Shown here: one piece after another, positions 29,240-38,914 of the stretch | How the letters are laid out: every line of letters begins with the position of its first letter | Numbering within the stretch: the first letter of the stretch is position 1 | Assembly (NCBI GenBank): GCA_964477125.1 | Contig: CAYZCZ010000003.1 | Span: 1-48,791, forward strand | Direction of reading: 5' to 3' | Length of the DNA: 48,791 bases | DNA from: an uncultured Candidatus Saccharibacteria bacterium | Lineage (GTDB): Bacteria; Patescibacteriota; Saccharimonadia; Saccharimonadales; CAIOMD01 | The notes under the pieces: model-generated | What the model was told of the DNA's origin: nothing | Seen by the model: the letters and a program-made list of their open reading frames with translations, nothing else | Database searches by the model: none | Program-made: the position numbers and the translations under genes

Positions 29240-29399
29240 ATTCGGCCTCCTGAAAGGAAGCTAAACCAGCCATTAGTCCGAAAAGTAAATATAGCAAAAG
29301 TAATTTTCTTTTGCCGGAATAAGGCTAACTCCTTTCCTCTCATACGGCAATAACACTGTTTAAACCAAAAAGCATAACTGTGTTGTACAATATATACAA

Positions 29400-30176
29400 A
29401 TGAACGAAGATCCAAACAATCAAAATCCACAACCCCAACAACCGCAAGTAATTAGTCCTCAGTGGCAGTATACTTCTGGCCAACTGAGCCAACAACAGCA
29501 ACCAATACAGCAAACTCCGTTACCTACACCAGTTGCACCACAAGCACCGGTACAAGCCAGCCCTGTGCCAGAACAGGCCATAGCACCCCCCCAGCCAGCA
29601 GTAGTACCGATACAACAACAAACTCCCGTTCTAGCGGAAACTCCACAGCCTGTTGAGACCGCACCACTAAATCCAATAAGCAACCAGCAACCTGCCCTAC
29701 AAAATACTACAAACGAAAATGCTATATATACTTGGCAAGCTTCTGAATTTGCTACAAATGAGAAGAATAAATCTTGGTATCTTATTTTAGCCGGTGCAGC
29801 AATACTAGTTTCTGGTGTTACTTTCTTAATAACCCGCGAATGGCTATCAATTGTCGTAATTGTTGTATTGGCGGTTGCCGTTGGTTTTTATGGCAATATT
29901 AAACCCCGTACACTGAGTTATTCCATAGAAGAGTTGGGCATAAAAATAGGTGAAAAATTTTATGGTTTTAATGAGTTTAAAAGCTTTTCAGTATTAGAAG
30001 ATATGGCCGTACCAAGCATAAACCTTATGCCGATAAAGAAACTTATGATGCCAATAAGCATTTATGTTGCACCTAGCGATCTAAGTAAGGTGGCGGATAT
30101 TTTAGGTAATTACCTACCATTCGAAGAAAAACAACGTGATTTTACCGATAAGCTAAGCCACCGTCTCCGATTCTAA
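29400..30176 (+). CDS. PQ-rich membrane protein, hypothetical
   Basis: About 100 aa of P/Q-rich N-terminus, then two TM helices (WYLILAGAAILVSGVTFLI, LSIVVIVVLAVAVGF). Confidence 0.5.
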   Translation: MNEDPNNQNPQPQQPQVISPQWQYTSGQLSQQQQPIQQTPLPTPVAPQAPVQASPVPEQAIAPPQPAVVPIQQQTPVLAETPQPVETAPLNPISNQQPALQNTTNENAIYTWQASEFATNEKNKSWYLILAGAAILVSGVTFLITREWLSIVVIVVLAVAVGFYGNIKPRTLSYSIEELGIKIGEKFYGFNEFKSFSVLEDMAVPSINLMPIKKLMMPISIYVAPSDLSKVADILGNYLPFEEKQRDFTDKLSHRLRF

Positions 30177-30193
30177 ACTAATAAAGGATAACT

Positions 30194-30442
30194 ATGAATA
30201 AAAAATCAAATAACAATAAAATACTATACGGGATATTATGGATTTGTTCCGGATTTATCATGCTAGTTCTAGTAGCTTTTTTTCAAATAATAGCAAATTT
30301 CCTGTTGTCAGGAAATTTAGAAAACACAAGCAGTCTTTCAGTAATTCTAAATATTATAAGTTGGATATTAGGAACATTAGGTATTGTATTAATATTTGTA
30401 GGTCCAATTGTTGGTATAATTAAATTAACTAAAAAAGATTAG
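30194..30442 (+). CDS. Small two-TM membrane protein
   Basis: 82 aa with two hydrophobic helices. The overlapping 61-aa ORF in another frame is less plausible. Confidence 0.45.
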   Translation: MNKKSNNNKILYGILWICSGFIMLVLVAFFQIIANFLLSGNLENTSSLSVILNIISWILGTLGIVLIFVGPIVGIIKLTKKD

Positions 30443-30491
30443 TTTAATCTGTTAATGACTTGAGTTTTCTGATATAGTATGTTTTTGTTAA

Positions 30492-30510
30492 GCCATCGTA
30501 GCTCAGCTGG
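30492..30510 (+). pseudogene. tRNA 5' fragment (acceptor strand plus D-arm start) upstream of tRNA-Arg
   Basis: GCCATCGTAGCTCAGCTGG parallels GCACCCGTAGCTCAGCTGG of the intact tRNA 116 nt downstream. After that it diverges into GCTAAAC/GTTTAGC hairpins, and no matching 3' acceptor strand is present. Confidence 0.35.
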
Positions 30511-30607
30511 CCCGCTAAACTTGTTTAGCAAAGTGATGTGGAGCAAACGCACTATCCCCGCTAGTTTAGCTACATTTAACAAATTAGATATGCACTAGCA
30601 TGGTTAT

Positions 30608-30684
<77 letters not shown>

Positions 30685-30691
30685 AACAAAG

Positions 30692-30723
30692 AGTCTGTTC
30701 GTTTATGAACGGACTTTTTGTTT
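30692..30723 (+). terminator. Intrinsic terminator after tRNA-Arg
   Basis: AGTCTGTTC-GTTTAT-GAACGGACT (one G-U pair) followed by TTTTTGTTT. Confidence 0.6.
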
Positions 30724-30737
30724 GGTAAAATAACCTT

Positions 30738-31007
30738 ATGAAAAGAAAGTTTGACAGCGTATCCAAAGAAACCGAGAAAAATTGTGTGAACGAAATAATT
30801 ACCAGGATTGAAGAAATTGAAGGTGGTGATGTAGGCATAATTGCCGCTCAAGATATTATAGAAATAGTCACTCAAAACTTAGGCCCAGAAATATATAACA
30901 ACGGACTCAAAGATGCCAAGAAATTATTTCAAGAAAAATTTTCAGACCTAGAAACAGATATTTCTATACTAGAACAATACACCCAGGCAAATAGGAACAT
31001 TCAATAA
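30738..31007 (+). CDS. DUF2164-like small protein
   Basis: The pattern ..GDVGIIAAQDIIEIVTQNLGPEIYNNGLKDAKK.. resembles the DUF2164 family. Confidence 0.5.
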   Translation: MKRKFDSVSKETEKNCVNEIITRIEEIEGGDVGIIAAQDIIEIVTQNLGPEIYNNGLKDAKKLFQEKFSDLETDISILEQYTQANRNIQ

Positions 31008-31047
31008 ATATAGATATTCTCTTGTTGTTCCCTGTTAGAATGTTCAT

Positions 31048-31677
31048 ATGAAAATAATAGTTTTTGGAGCTAATGGTCGGGTTGGCTCATTGCTCGTAGC
31101 CGAACTTATTAAACAAAACTACAAAGTAGTAGCCTTTATTCATGGTGAAAATAATTTGCCCAAAAATAAGTTAGTTACTATTTTTAAAGGCGATATTTAT
31201 AACAGCAAAAATGTAAGTTCAGCTATGAAAGGATGTAATGTAATTATTTCCGCTCTTGGTAGCTGGGGAACCCCAAAAAAAGATATTCTAACTAGTGCTA
31301 TGAAAAATATTATCCCAGCCATGAAAGAACAAAAAATTAAAAGAATTATTACGCTCACTGGAGCAGATGCTTTAGCGAGCAAGGAAAAACCAACCATAAC
31401 TCAGAAAATTACTAGGCCAATTTTTACAGTATTAGCAAAAAATATACTAGAAGATGGCGAAAACCATATTGCACTACTAGAAAATAGTGAACTTGATTGG
31501 ACTGTGGTAAGGTCACCTGTGATGAATAATATAGGAAACCCAAAAAGGTTTTACCTTAGTAATAATACGCCCAACCCTTTTAGAACAATCAACCGCCAAA
31601 GCGTAGCAATTGTCCTAACAAATCAAATATCAGACACTGCATTTATACATCAAGCCCCATACATTTATAGAAAATAA
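31048..31677 (+). CDS. NAD(P)H-binding (NmrA/atypical SDR-like) protein
   Basis: Rossmann N-terminus MKIIVFGANGRVGSLLV. Confidence 0.7.
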   Translation: MKIIVFGANGRVGSLLVAELIKQNYKVVAFIHGENNLPKNKLVTIFKGDIYNSKNVSSAMKGCNVIISALGSWGTPKKDILTSAMKNIIPAMKEQKIKRIITLTGADALASKEKPTITQKITRPIFTVLAKNILEDGENHIALLENSELDWTVVRSPVMNNIGNPKRFYLSNNTPNPFRTINRQSVAIVLTNQISDTAFIHQAPYIYRK

Positions 31678-31734
31678 TACCTGTTATATAAACTAATTTA
31701 CTGCTACTATCTAGCCATAAATAAAGGAGAAGTT

Positions 31735-32076
31735 ATGGAAGATAGTACTAACGATATGATGGTTGTCACAACTAACGATTTACCAGGTTACGAAGTAGTA
31801 GAAGTTTACGGCGAGGTGTTTGGGCTTATAGTTAGAAGCCGTAACATGTTTAGCAATATAGGAGCAAGCTTTAGAACAGTAGTTGGTGGCGAAGTAAAAG
31901 GATACACCAAAATGCTATCCGACAGCCGTTTTCATGCTTTAGAACGACTTAAAAGTGAAGCTTCATCTAAAGGAGCAAATGCCATACTAATGATGCGTTT
32001 CGATAGTGGTGATATTGGACAAGTTATGAATGAAGTAGCAGCATATGGCACAGCCGTAAAAGTCGTAAAGAAATAA
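31735..32076 (+). CDS. YbjQ/UPF0145-family protein
   Basis: TTNDLPGYEVVEVYGEVFGLIVRSRN...GANAILMMRFD...YGTAVKV. AAGGAG RBS upstream. Confidence 0.8.
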   Translation: MEDSTNDMMVVTTNDLPGYEVVEVYGEVFGLIVRSRNMFSNIGASFRTVVGGEVKGYTKMLSDSRFHALERLKSEASSKGANAILMMRFDSGDIGQVMNEVAAYGTAVKVVKK

Positions 32077-32239
32077 AATGTTATACCCACAAAAAAGGAT
32101 TCGACGTTTACGATAAAAAATATGATTTCACCAAGGACACCATAAGGGCTCTTGGCAGGAATGTCAGAATTAGCTTTCCTATTCGAACCCCTACTTCAGT
32201 AATAAATATGACCTAAGCTACACTAAGGTCTTATTTATT

Positions 32240-32327
32240 TGGCGGAGAAGGAGGGATTCGAACCCTCGGTACATTGCTGTACACTTGTTTTCGAGACAAG
32301 CCAATTCAACCACTCTTGCACCTCTCC
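32240..32327 (-). tRNA. tRNA-Ser (anticodon CGA), class II, CCA encoded
   Basis: GGAGAGG-TG-CAA..TTG-G-CTTGT-CTCGAAA-ACAAG-variable arm (GTAC..GTAC)-GAGGG-TTCGAAT-CCCTC-CTTCTCC-G-CCA. Confidence 0.9.
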
Positions 32328-32348
32328 ACAAAGGTATAATATACCGTA

Positions 32349-32852
32349 ATGAATAAAATTATTATAGTAAACGATAGTCTTCAAACGAACTATGCTTATG
32401 TTTTAACAAAGCCTATTGGTAAAAAATTTGATCCATATTTTCAACCACAGCTTACTCCGAAGGAAATGCTTGAACTTGGAGTATTTGATGGTAACTATTT
32501 AAATGATTGTATAAGAGAGTTTCCAGCCGAGTGGTTTATCAACGCAAAACTAAGCAATGATGGCCCGAATGAAAAGCTAAATTATTTTGGAATTCATGCT
32601 AGTCAACCAAAGTCAGTCTGGCAACAAAAAGGTTGGATTAACCAAGATGACCCCCGGGGCTGGTTCCAGTGGTATTGTCGTTATTATATGGGGCGCCGTC
32701 ACGAAGATGATACGCGCCAAATAAAGCGCTGGAAAGCCATGAAACGCCACGTGACTCAAGTAAAAAATAATTGTATTCAGGGAGATTGGGATTGCAGATC
32801 ACGCCAAAGACAGGCGCTTTTACACTGGGCTTACGACAGTCGCATAATTTAA
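32349..32852 (+). CDS. Conserved-looking hypothetical protein (W/R-rich)
   Basis: The distinctive segment PRGWFQWYCRYYMGRRHEDDTRQIKRWKAMKRH suggests a conserved family that I cannot name. Confidence 0.5.
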   Translation: MNKIIIVNDSLQTNYAYVLTKPIGKKFDPYFQPQLTPKEMLELGVFDGNYLNDCIREFPAEWFINAKLSNDGPNEKLNYFGIHASQPKSVWQQKGWINQDDPRGWFQWYCRYYMGRRHEDDTRQIKRWKAMKRHVTQVKNNCIQGDWDCRSRQRQALLHWAYDSRII

Positions 32853-32869
32853 TGATATTCTAGTTGGTA

Positions 32870-33526
32870 ATGAATAACATATATTGCAGTAACTGCGGCC
32901 AACTTATCCCGGGCAATTCCAATTTCTGTCGATTTTGTGGGGCAACCCTTCATGGGCCGGAAGCTTCAGTCTACTTTGCCCAGCAAGAACCAGTACTTCC
33001 GGGAGAAAAAGCCAAACCTATCAGTCCATCCAAGCCAGATACAATACCTAAATCTCATTTAAGTTCTACTGTCGTCATAATATTTGTACTGAACTATGTG
33101 AAAATTTCATCTATATTATTCCCTGCCCTGTTTATTGGAATATATTTTCAGCCTTTAATTTTTGGGTTAATAACTATTTTAGCTATTGTGGTTCTATTTT
33201 CTATTGCTATATGGGCTTACAATAATTTTACATACGAAGTCACAGAAGATGGCCTGCTTATTGAATTTGGAATAATACATCATAAGACAATTTCCGTGCC
33301 ATTCGATCAAGTCCAAAATGTTAACATAGAGCGCTCCGTAGTAGACCGTATGCTTAACTTGGCCCGAATCAGCATAGAAACAGCTGGTAGCGCTGTAACA
33401 CAGCCTATACAGGTCATAGGTGGCTATACCGCCCGCTCCGAAGCCTACCTGCCAGGCCTAACGCTTCTTCAGGCTAAAATGCTACATGACATATTAATTG
33501 ATGGCAAGTTAGACGAGGAGTATTAA
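32870..33526 (+). CDS. Zinc-ribbon plus bacterial PH (bPH_2/DUF304-like) membrane protein
   Basis: CSNCGQLIPGNSNFCRFCGA zinc ribbon, two TM helices, then YEVTEDGLLIEFGIIHHKTISVPFDQVQNVNIERS. I prefer the ATG at 32870 to the TTG at 32864. Confidence 0.6.
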   Translation: MNNIYCSNCGQLIPGNSNFCRFCGATLHGPEASVYFAQQEPVLPGEKAKPISPSKPDTIPKSHLSSTVVIIFVLNYVKISSILFPALFIGIYFQPLIFGLITILAIVVLFSIAIWAYNNFTYEVTEDGLLIEFGIIHHKTISVPFDQVQNVNIERSVVDRMLNLARISIETAGSAVTQPIQVIGGYTARSEAYLPGLTLLQAKMLHDILIDGKLDEEY

Positions 33527-33527
33527 A

Positions 33528-33932
33528 ATGGAAGATTCAATATTCACAAAAATTATTAAAGGTGAAATACCCTGTCATAAGGTTTATGAGGATGAGCACA
33601 CAATCGCATTTTTAGATATACACCCAGTCCAGCCAGGACATACTTTAGTTGTACCAAAAGTACAAGTTGACCATTTTGAGGATCTTGACGATGCACACTA
33701 CCAAGCGGTTTGGGCAACTGTTAAAAAAGTGTCTAGGGCTCAAAAAGCTACCTACAGTCCAAATAGAATTGGCCTGCAAGTTATTGGCCTTGACGTTCCC
33801 CACGCCCATATCCATGTATACCCCTTTAATACGCTAAGTGATTTTAGGAATATGCCAGATATGAATGCCGAACCAGACCATAATGAATTAGCCAAAAACG
33901 CTGAAAATATTAAGGGGTCATTAAATGCCTAG
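33528..33932 (+). CDS. HIT-family (HinT-like) nucleotide hydrolase
   Basis: Histidine triad PHAHIHVYP. N-terminal IFTKIIKGEIPCHKVYEDE. Confidence 0.85.
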   Translation: MEDSIFTKIIKGEIPCHKVYEDEHTIAFLDIHPVQPGHTLVVPKVQVDHFEDLDDAHYQAVWATVKKVSRAQKATYSPNRIGLQVIGLDVPHAHIHVYPFNTLSDFRNMPDMNAEPDHNELAKNAENIKGSLNA

Positions 33933-34110
33933 TTGGATTGTTGCTTTCTTGTTCGCCTCTGGCCTGTCTACCTGGGTTTATACGAAACTCATGAGAACAA
34001 CTGGTAATAATACCAAATCTAGCCTAATGGCTACGGGTTTTACTTTTTTGCTAAGTTTTTTTGTTTTTTGGGCAATAATGGCATTTGTGAACGGACTTGT
34101 TAGTAAATAA
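33925..34110 (+). CDS. Small two-TM membrane protein
   Basis: 61 aa, hydrophobic, with an 8-nt overlap with the HIT gene. Confidence 0.4.
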   Translation: MPSWIVAFLFASGLSTWVYTKLMRTTGNNTKSSLMATGFTFLLSFFVFWAIMAFVNGLVSK

Positions 34111-34114
34111 GTAA

Positions 34115-34570
34115 ATGAAAATCACTCTTTACGTTACTGGTAAAAAAGGTAGCCAGCTATATAGTCTCGCATTAGACTACATAAAAAAGGCAAGCTTTGG
34201 CACATCCATTGATTTAGTTATATTAAACCCAAGTGGACAAAGTAATGAAATTGCAAGAAACCAAGAATCTAAAAATATAATATCTAAACTAAACAATGCC
34301 GACCTTTTATGGATATTAGATGAAAAAGGGACTCAAGTCTCATCGATTGAATTGGCCCAAAAAATTGAAAAAACTAAGATGATTTCTAAAAATTTATCTA
34401 TAGTTGTTGGTGGAGCTTATGGTATTAATGATGAGCTAAGATCTAAGGCCAATTTTGTTTGGAGCTTGTCAAAACTGGTATTTCCTCATGAAATAGCTTG
34501 GTTATTAGTTAGCGAACAATTATATAGGGCAGGTCAAATTAACAAGAACTCTGGTTATCATCACATCTAG
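34115..34570 (+). CDS. rlmH: 23S rRNA (pseudouridine1915-N3)-methyltransferase
   Basis: SPOUT C-terminus VVGGAYGINDEL....WSLSKLVFPHEIAWLLVSEQLYRA..I.....YHH. Confidence 0.85.
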   Translation: MKITLYVTGKKGSQLYSLALDYIKKASFGTSIDLVILNPSGQSNEIARNQESKNIISKLNNADLLWILDEKGTQVSSIELAQKIEKTKMISKNLSIVVGGAYGINDELRSKANFVWSLSKLVFPHEIAWLLVSEQLYRAGQINKNSGYHHI

Positions 34571-34581
34571 CAAAAAACTAA

Positions 34582-35289
34582 CTAGCTTACTATGGAACCG
34601 TTTTCGGTCTTTCCTGCCAGAACAGCTAGTACGTATTCTGGTTTTGGTTGGCAAACTGCAATTTTTATTTGTTTATCGGCAGCCAAAGCCAGCGCCGCCC
34701 TATCCATCACCCTTATATTCTCGTTTGCCAATGCTTCTCTAAAAGTAATATCGTCATATTTAACAGCATTGGGGTCTTCTGTAGGGTCATTATCGTATAT
34801 ACCATTTACTTTGGTAGTTTTAATTACGGCTTCGCAATGAAGCTCAAAAGCCTGGGCAACTACAGCAGTATCGGTAGTAAAACCTGGCTTGCCTAAGCCG
34901 CCAGCAATAAGTACTATCCGGCCACCACTCATATATTTGATTGCTCTTTGATAAGAAAATCTTTCACTTACGCTTTCGACAGGTATATTGCTAAATAAAC
35001 GGCTTTCTACCTGGCCCCGTTGGTTGAGTGCTTCATTAAGAAATAGTCCGTTCTGTACGGTGGCCAACATACCCATTTGGTCAGCAATGACCTGGTTTGT
35101 AAAACCGTTTTTGTGTAGTTTGTTACCCCTTACAATATTTCCACCACCCATAACGCATGCCACCTGGTACCCTTCCCTGCTAAGCGCCTCTAGCACCTCA
35201 CAGACCTTCACAGCTTCTCTCATATCAAAATTATATTCATCCGATCCAAGCTGTTCTCCTGACACCTTAACCATTACCCGTTTATTCAT
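34582..35289 (-). CDS. pyrH: UMP kinase
   Basis: VKVSGEQL, GGGNIVRG, and an amino-acid-kinase fold C-terminus. Confidence 0.9.
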   Translation of the reverse strand: MNKRVMVKVSGEQLGSDEYNFDMREAVKVCEVLEALSREGYQVACVMGGGNIVRGNKLHKNGFTNQVIADQMGMLATVQNGLFLNEALNQRGQVESRLFSNIPVESVSERFSYQRAIKYMSGGRIVLIAGGLGKPGFTTDTAVVAQAFELHCEAVIKTTKVNGIYDNDPTEDPNAVKYDDITFREALANENIRVMDRAALALAADKQIKIAVCQPKPEYVLAVLAGKTENGSIVS

Positions 35290-35389
35290 ATCACCTTCTT
35301 TCTAACTAGTTATTATACGTGATGATTACTTGTGAATCCGTTTAAATAAAAATGTATGAAACTAGCCGTATCATGCTAGAATATTACTT

Positions 35390-36253
35390 ATGAATGGTGG
35401 GGAAGCTTCAGAAAGTATTGCTCTTGCGAAAGCAATCTCTTCAGCACGCCGTAACGCAGGCTTAACCCAACAGGAACTATGTTCAAAAGCAAACTTATCC
35501 TATAGCACTTTAGCCAAAATTGAACGGGGAGCCATTAAAACTCCTAGTGTTTTTACAGTCGCAGCCATTGCATCCGCCACCGGTACAAGTGTCGAACACC
35601 TTACTGGTATTTCAACTTCAGTAGCAAATCCAAAAAACTATAAAACCTCTTTAAGCGGTATAAAATTTGTATATTTTGATGTTAACGGAGTGCTTGTTAG
35701 GTTTTTCCAACGAGCTTTTACAAATATTTCTGCCGACACTGGAGCCTCATCGGACGTTATAGAATCCTTATATTGGCACTACAACGACGTTGTTTGTCGT
35801 GGCGAAATGTCTTTATCTGAATTTGATCAAATTCTTGCCGACAGACTTAATATTCCAAATATATCTTGGGCTGAATATTATCTAAAGAATATTGAAGTAA
35901 TTAACGAAACGGTTGAGCTAATAAGGTGGGCTATAACCTACTATCCTATTGGCCTATTAACAAATATTATGCCAGGACTAGTAAATGAAATGATTAAGCA
36001 AAGCAAACTACCCAACCTAGACTATTCGGCTATCGTGGACTCATCTGTTGTTGGGTCTATAAAGCCAGAACAAAATATATATGCCATTGCCCAAAAAATA
36101 TCTGGATATAAACCAGAGGAAATTCTTTTCATTGATGATAGCAGGCAAAACTTAATGGCCGCTGAAAAACTAGGTTGGCATGTTTTATGGTTCGACGATT
36201 ATCGCCCTAGCGAAAGTGAACATCGCATAAAAGAAGCGTTGTTATTTGAATAA
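35390..36253 (+). CDS. XRE-type HTH domain fused to a HAD-like hydrolase domain
   Basis: The HTH is LTQQELCSKANLSYSTLAKIERG. The HAD-like part has VYFDVNGVLV (motif I with Asn at +2), LLTN, SIKPE and FIDDSRQN. Confidence 0.65.
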   Translation: MNGGEASESIALAKAISSARRNAGLTQQELCSKANLSYSTLAKIERGAIKTPSVFTVAAIASATGTSVEHLTGISTSVANPKNYKTSLSGIKFVYFDVNGVLVRFFQRAFTNISADTGASSDVIESLYWHYNDVVCRGEMSLSEFDQILADRLNIPNISWAEYYLKNIEVINETVELIRWAITYYPIGLLTNIMPGLVNEMIKQSKLPNLDYSAIVDSSVVGSIKPEQNIYAIAQKISGYKPEEILFIDDSRQNLMAAEKLGWHVLWFDDYRPSESEHRIKEALLFE

Positions 36254-36266
36254 AAACAACTTCTAG

Positions 36267-38819
36267 TTAAGAATAAGCCTCGAATGTTTTAATCTCTTCA
36301 TCTAACTTGGTATATAGCTCATTTTCATGTGAAAGCTGGTCTTTAGTCTGCTGGATAACTTGTTTTGGTGCCTTGCTTGTATAATTTTTATTATTTAAAC
36401 GCTGTTGTAACTTTTCTATGGTCGCTATTTTCTTATTTTTAGCAACTATCAATTTGGCAAGATAAATTTTTGCTGTGTTCAAATCAATATCCAGCCAACA
36501 ATTATGTCTAGTCTGAGTAAGCCTTAACCCCTTACCCGCTTCAACCTCTTTAACGCCTGAAAGTTTTGCAAACTTACTAATTATTTGAGCATTATCTGTA
36601 AGGAATGTGCTATTTGTAAAATAGAGCGTTGGTTTATTTACGTCTAACACTGTGGTAATGTGCCTTATTTCAGAAATAATTTCTTTGAGTTTTTCAAAAT
36701 CATTGGCCATTTTAGCATTAACAGATTTCTCTGCTGGCCATTGGGCTGTAATAAGTAAATCTTCTGGTTTCCAGCTAAGCGTTTGCCATATGGTTTCAGT
36801 AACAAATGGAGCAAAAGGATGTGTCAGCTTTAGTGAAACTTCCAAGATATACGACAAAACATCCTTATTCAACTGGGCTTTACTTGCCTCTATATACCAG
36901 TCTGCAAAATCGTCCCAAATAAAATGATAAACCTTTTCATATGCCTCACTAAGTCGATAAGTATCCATTAATTGAGTAACGTCATTCACTACGGTATTTG
37001 CCCTTGATAAAATCCAATGATCAGCTGATGATTTTGGAACTATTTTTTCACGTGAAAAATCATCGCTTAATGTCACTTCACAGAAACGAGCAATATTCCA
37101 TAATTTATTACAGAAATTACGTCCTGCGATGACCTTACTAGGATCATAAGCTGCACTATAGCCAGCTGAACGACCAGCTATCATCCCCATTCTAAGTGCA
37201 TCAGCCCCGTTTTCCCTTAATACTGCAGTTGGATCTATAACATTTCCTAAGCTCTTACTCATTTTTTTGCCATCTTCGGCACGTACCATACCATGCAAAT
37301 AAACCTCTTTAAAAGGTATTTTGCCGGTAACATACAAGCCAATACAAACCATGCGAGCTACCCAGGGGTACAATATGTCTTGTCCTGTTTCCATAAGGCT
37401 ATTTGGATAGAAATCTTTGAAATCTTGGTTGTCTGGAAATCCCATGGTTACGAATGGCCAATGGCCACTGCTAAACCAAGTATCAAACACATCCGGATCA
37501 CGTCGATAATGCTTGCCATTTTGCTCTATAATCTCTTCGGTAACAGTGGTATTGTAAATCCACTCATCAGGGTCATCAACATTCTGAAAAGCCGGAATTG
37601 GTATACCCCAAGCAATTTGCCTGCTAATATTCCAATCTTTTACGTTCTTTAAGTACTCAATAACTTGCTCACGCTTATTGTCTGGGTAAAAAACAATTTT
37701 ATTTGCCTTAAGGGCTTTTATAGCGGGAGATGCCAATTTTTGCATACTAACAAACCATTGGTCCATTAACATTGGCTCAATAGTTGTTCCACACTTGTAA
37801 CACACCCCTACCCTATTCTTGTAATGCTTATCTACTTTAATAAGTAGACCCTTCTCGTCAAGCGCTTTTGCAACTGCATCACGAGCTTCCAATACTGTCA
37901 TTCCCTCGTACTTCCCTGCCCTGTGATTCATAGTACCGTCATGATTAATCACACGAATTGCTTCCAAATTATGGCGTTGTCCAGCTTCCCAGTCATTAAA
38001 ATCATGAGCTGGTGTTATTTTTACTACACCTGTACCAAAATCCCTGTCGACCATTTCATCAGCAATAACCCTAATCTCAAAGGGACCATTAACACCTTCT
38101 ACTGTTAACACTTTGCCTACCAAATCTTTGTAGCGAGTATCTTTAGGGTGGACAGCTACTGCAGTATCGCCAAATTTTGTTTCAGGGCGAGTTGTAGCCA
38201 GTTCAAACGGACCATACTTTAAATAATATAAAGGGCTCTCTTTATCTTGGTATTCTACTTCGATATCAGCAAAACTCGTTCTATGCTTTGTGCAGTAATT
38301 AACAAGTCTTTCACCTCGGTAAATTAATCCATCATCCCACATTTTTTTAAAAGTTTGGTAAGATGTTTCTACTACTTTATCGTCTAATGTAAAAGTGAAC
38401 CTAGTCCAATCTACACTAGCACCCAGCATTCTAAACATTGTTTCAAAATTATCGCGGTTCTGACCAACAAAGTCATATATTTGGTCATAAACTTCTTCTC
38501 GCGTATAGTCAAAACGGCTTTTACCTTCTTTGGCTAGCTTTTTTTCATAAACTACTTGGGTCTCAAATCCAGCATGGTCTGCCCCTGGAGCCCATAAAGT
38601 CCGCTCACCTTTCATCCTATGATAACGAATAACCCCATCCTGGATAGCAAACATCAATGAATGACCTATATGAAGCCCGGCATTTGCATTTGGTGGCGGA
38701 AGAACAATGCAATAATCGCCCTTTCCCCGACCTACCGGTTCGAAAGCTCCACTTTTTTCCCATAAATCATAAATATCCTGCTCATATTGCTGTGGTTCAT
38801 AAACTTTAGAAAGTTGCAT
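36267..38819 (-). CDS. valS: Valine--tRNA ligase
   Basis: PPPNANAGLHIGH (HIGH), KMSKSLGN, CP1 editing insert, C-terminal coiled coil. Confidence 0.95.
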   Translation of the reverse strand: MQLSKVYEPQQYEQDIYDLWEKSGAFEPVGRGKGDYCIVLPPPNANAGLHIGHSLMFAIQDGVIRYHRMKGERTLWAPGADHAGFETQVVYEKKLAKEGKSRFDYTREEVYDQIYDFVGQNRDNFETMFRMLGASVDWTRFTFTLDDKVVETSYQTFKKMWDDGLIYRGERLVNYCTKHRTSFADIEVEYQDKESPLYYLKYGPFELATTRPETKFGDTAVAVHPKDTRYKDLVGKVLTVEGVNGPFEIRVIADEMVDRDFGTGVVKITPAHDFNDWEAGQRHNLEAIRVINHDGTMNHRAGKYEGMTVLEARDAVAKALDEKGLLIKVDKHYKNRVGVCYKCGTTIEPMLMDQWFVSMQKLASPAIKALKANKIVFYPDNKREQVIEYLKNVKDWNISRQIAWGIPIPAFQNVDDPDEWIYNTTVTEEIIEQNGKHYRRDPDVFDTWFSSGHWPFVTMGFPDNQDFKDFYPNSLMETGQDILYPWVARMVCIGLYVTGKIPFKEVYLHGMVRAEDGKKMSKSLGNVIDPTAVLRENGADALRMGMIAGRSAGYSAAYDPSKVIAGRNFCNKLWNIARFCEVTLSDDFSREKIVPKSSADHWILSRANTVVNDVTQLMDTYRLSEAYEKVYHFIWDDFADWYIEASKAQLNKDVLSYILEVSLKLTHPFAPFVTETIWQTLSWKPEDLLITAQWPAEKSVNAKMANDFEKLKEIISEIRHITTVLDVNKPTLYFTNSTFLTDNAQIISKFAKLSGVKEVEAGKGLRLTQTRHNCWLDIDLNTAKIYLAKLIVAKNKKIATIEKLQQRLNNKNYTSKAPKQVIQQTKDQLSHENELYTKLDEEIKTFEAYS
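37044..37059. promoter_or_regulatory. parS-like 16-bp perfect palindrome inside valS
   Basis: TTTTTCACGTGAAAAA. The central 12 nt TTTCACGTGAAA equal the canonical parS core. It encodes FSREK in frame. Confidence 0.5.
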
Positions 38820-38898
38820 TTGTTCCTCTACCTTAGTATCTAGTAATTTAATTCATATTCTATTTTACTTCTTATATGTCCCAGTAGCAAAAAGATTA

Positions 38899-38914
38899 GT
38901 TTTCACGTGAAAAC
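38899..38914. promoter_or_regulatory. parS-like 16-bp perfect palindrome abutting the tsaD stop (may also act as the tsaD terminator stem)
   Basis: GTTTTCACGTGAAAAC. On the reverse strand it is followed by TAATCTTTTT. Confidence 0.5.

Noticed and set aside
32090-32239. tmRNA, suggested by GGATTCGACG at about 32099-32108 and TTCGAACCCC further on
   Set aside because: There is no tRNA-like acceptor or T-arm with CCA, no plausible tag ORF, and the pieces are in the wrong order and orientation.
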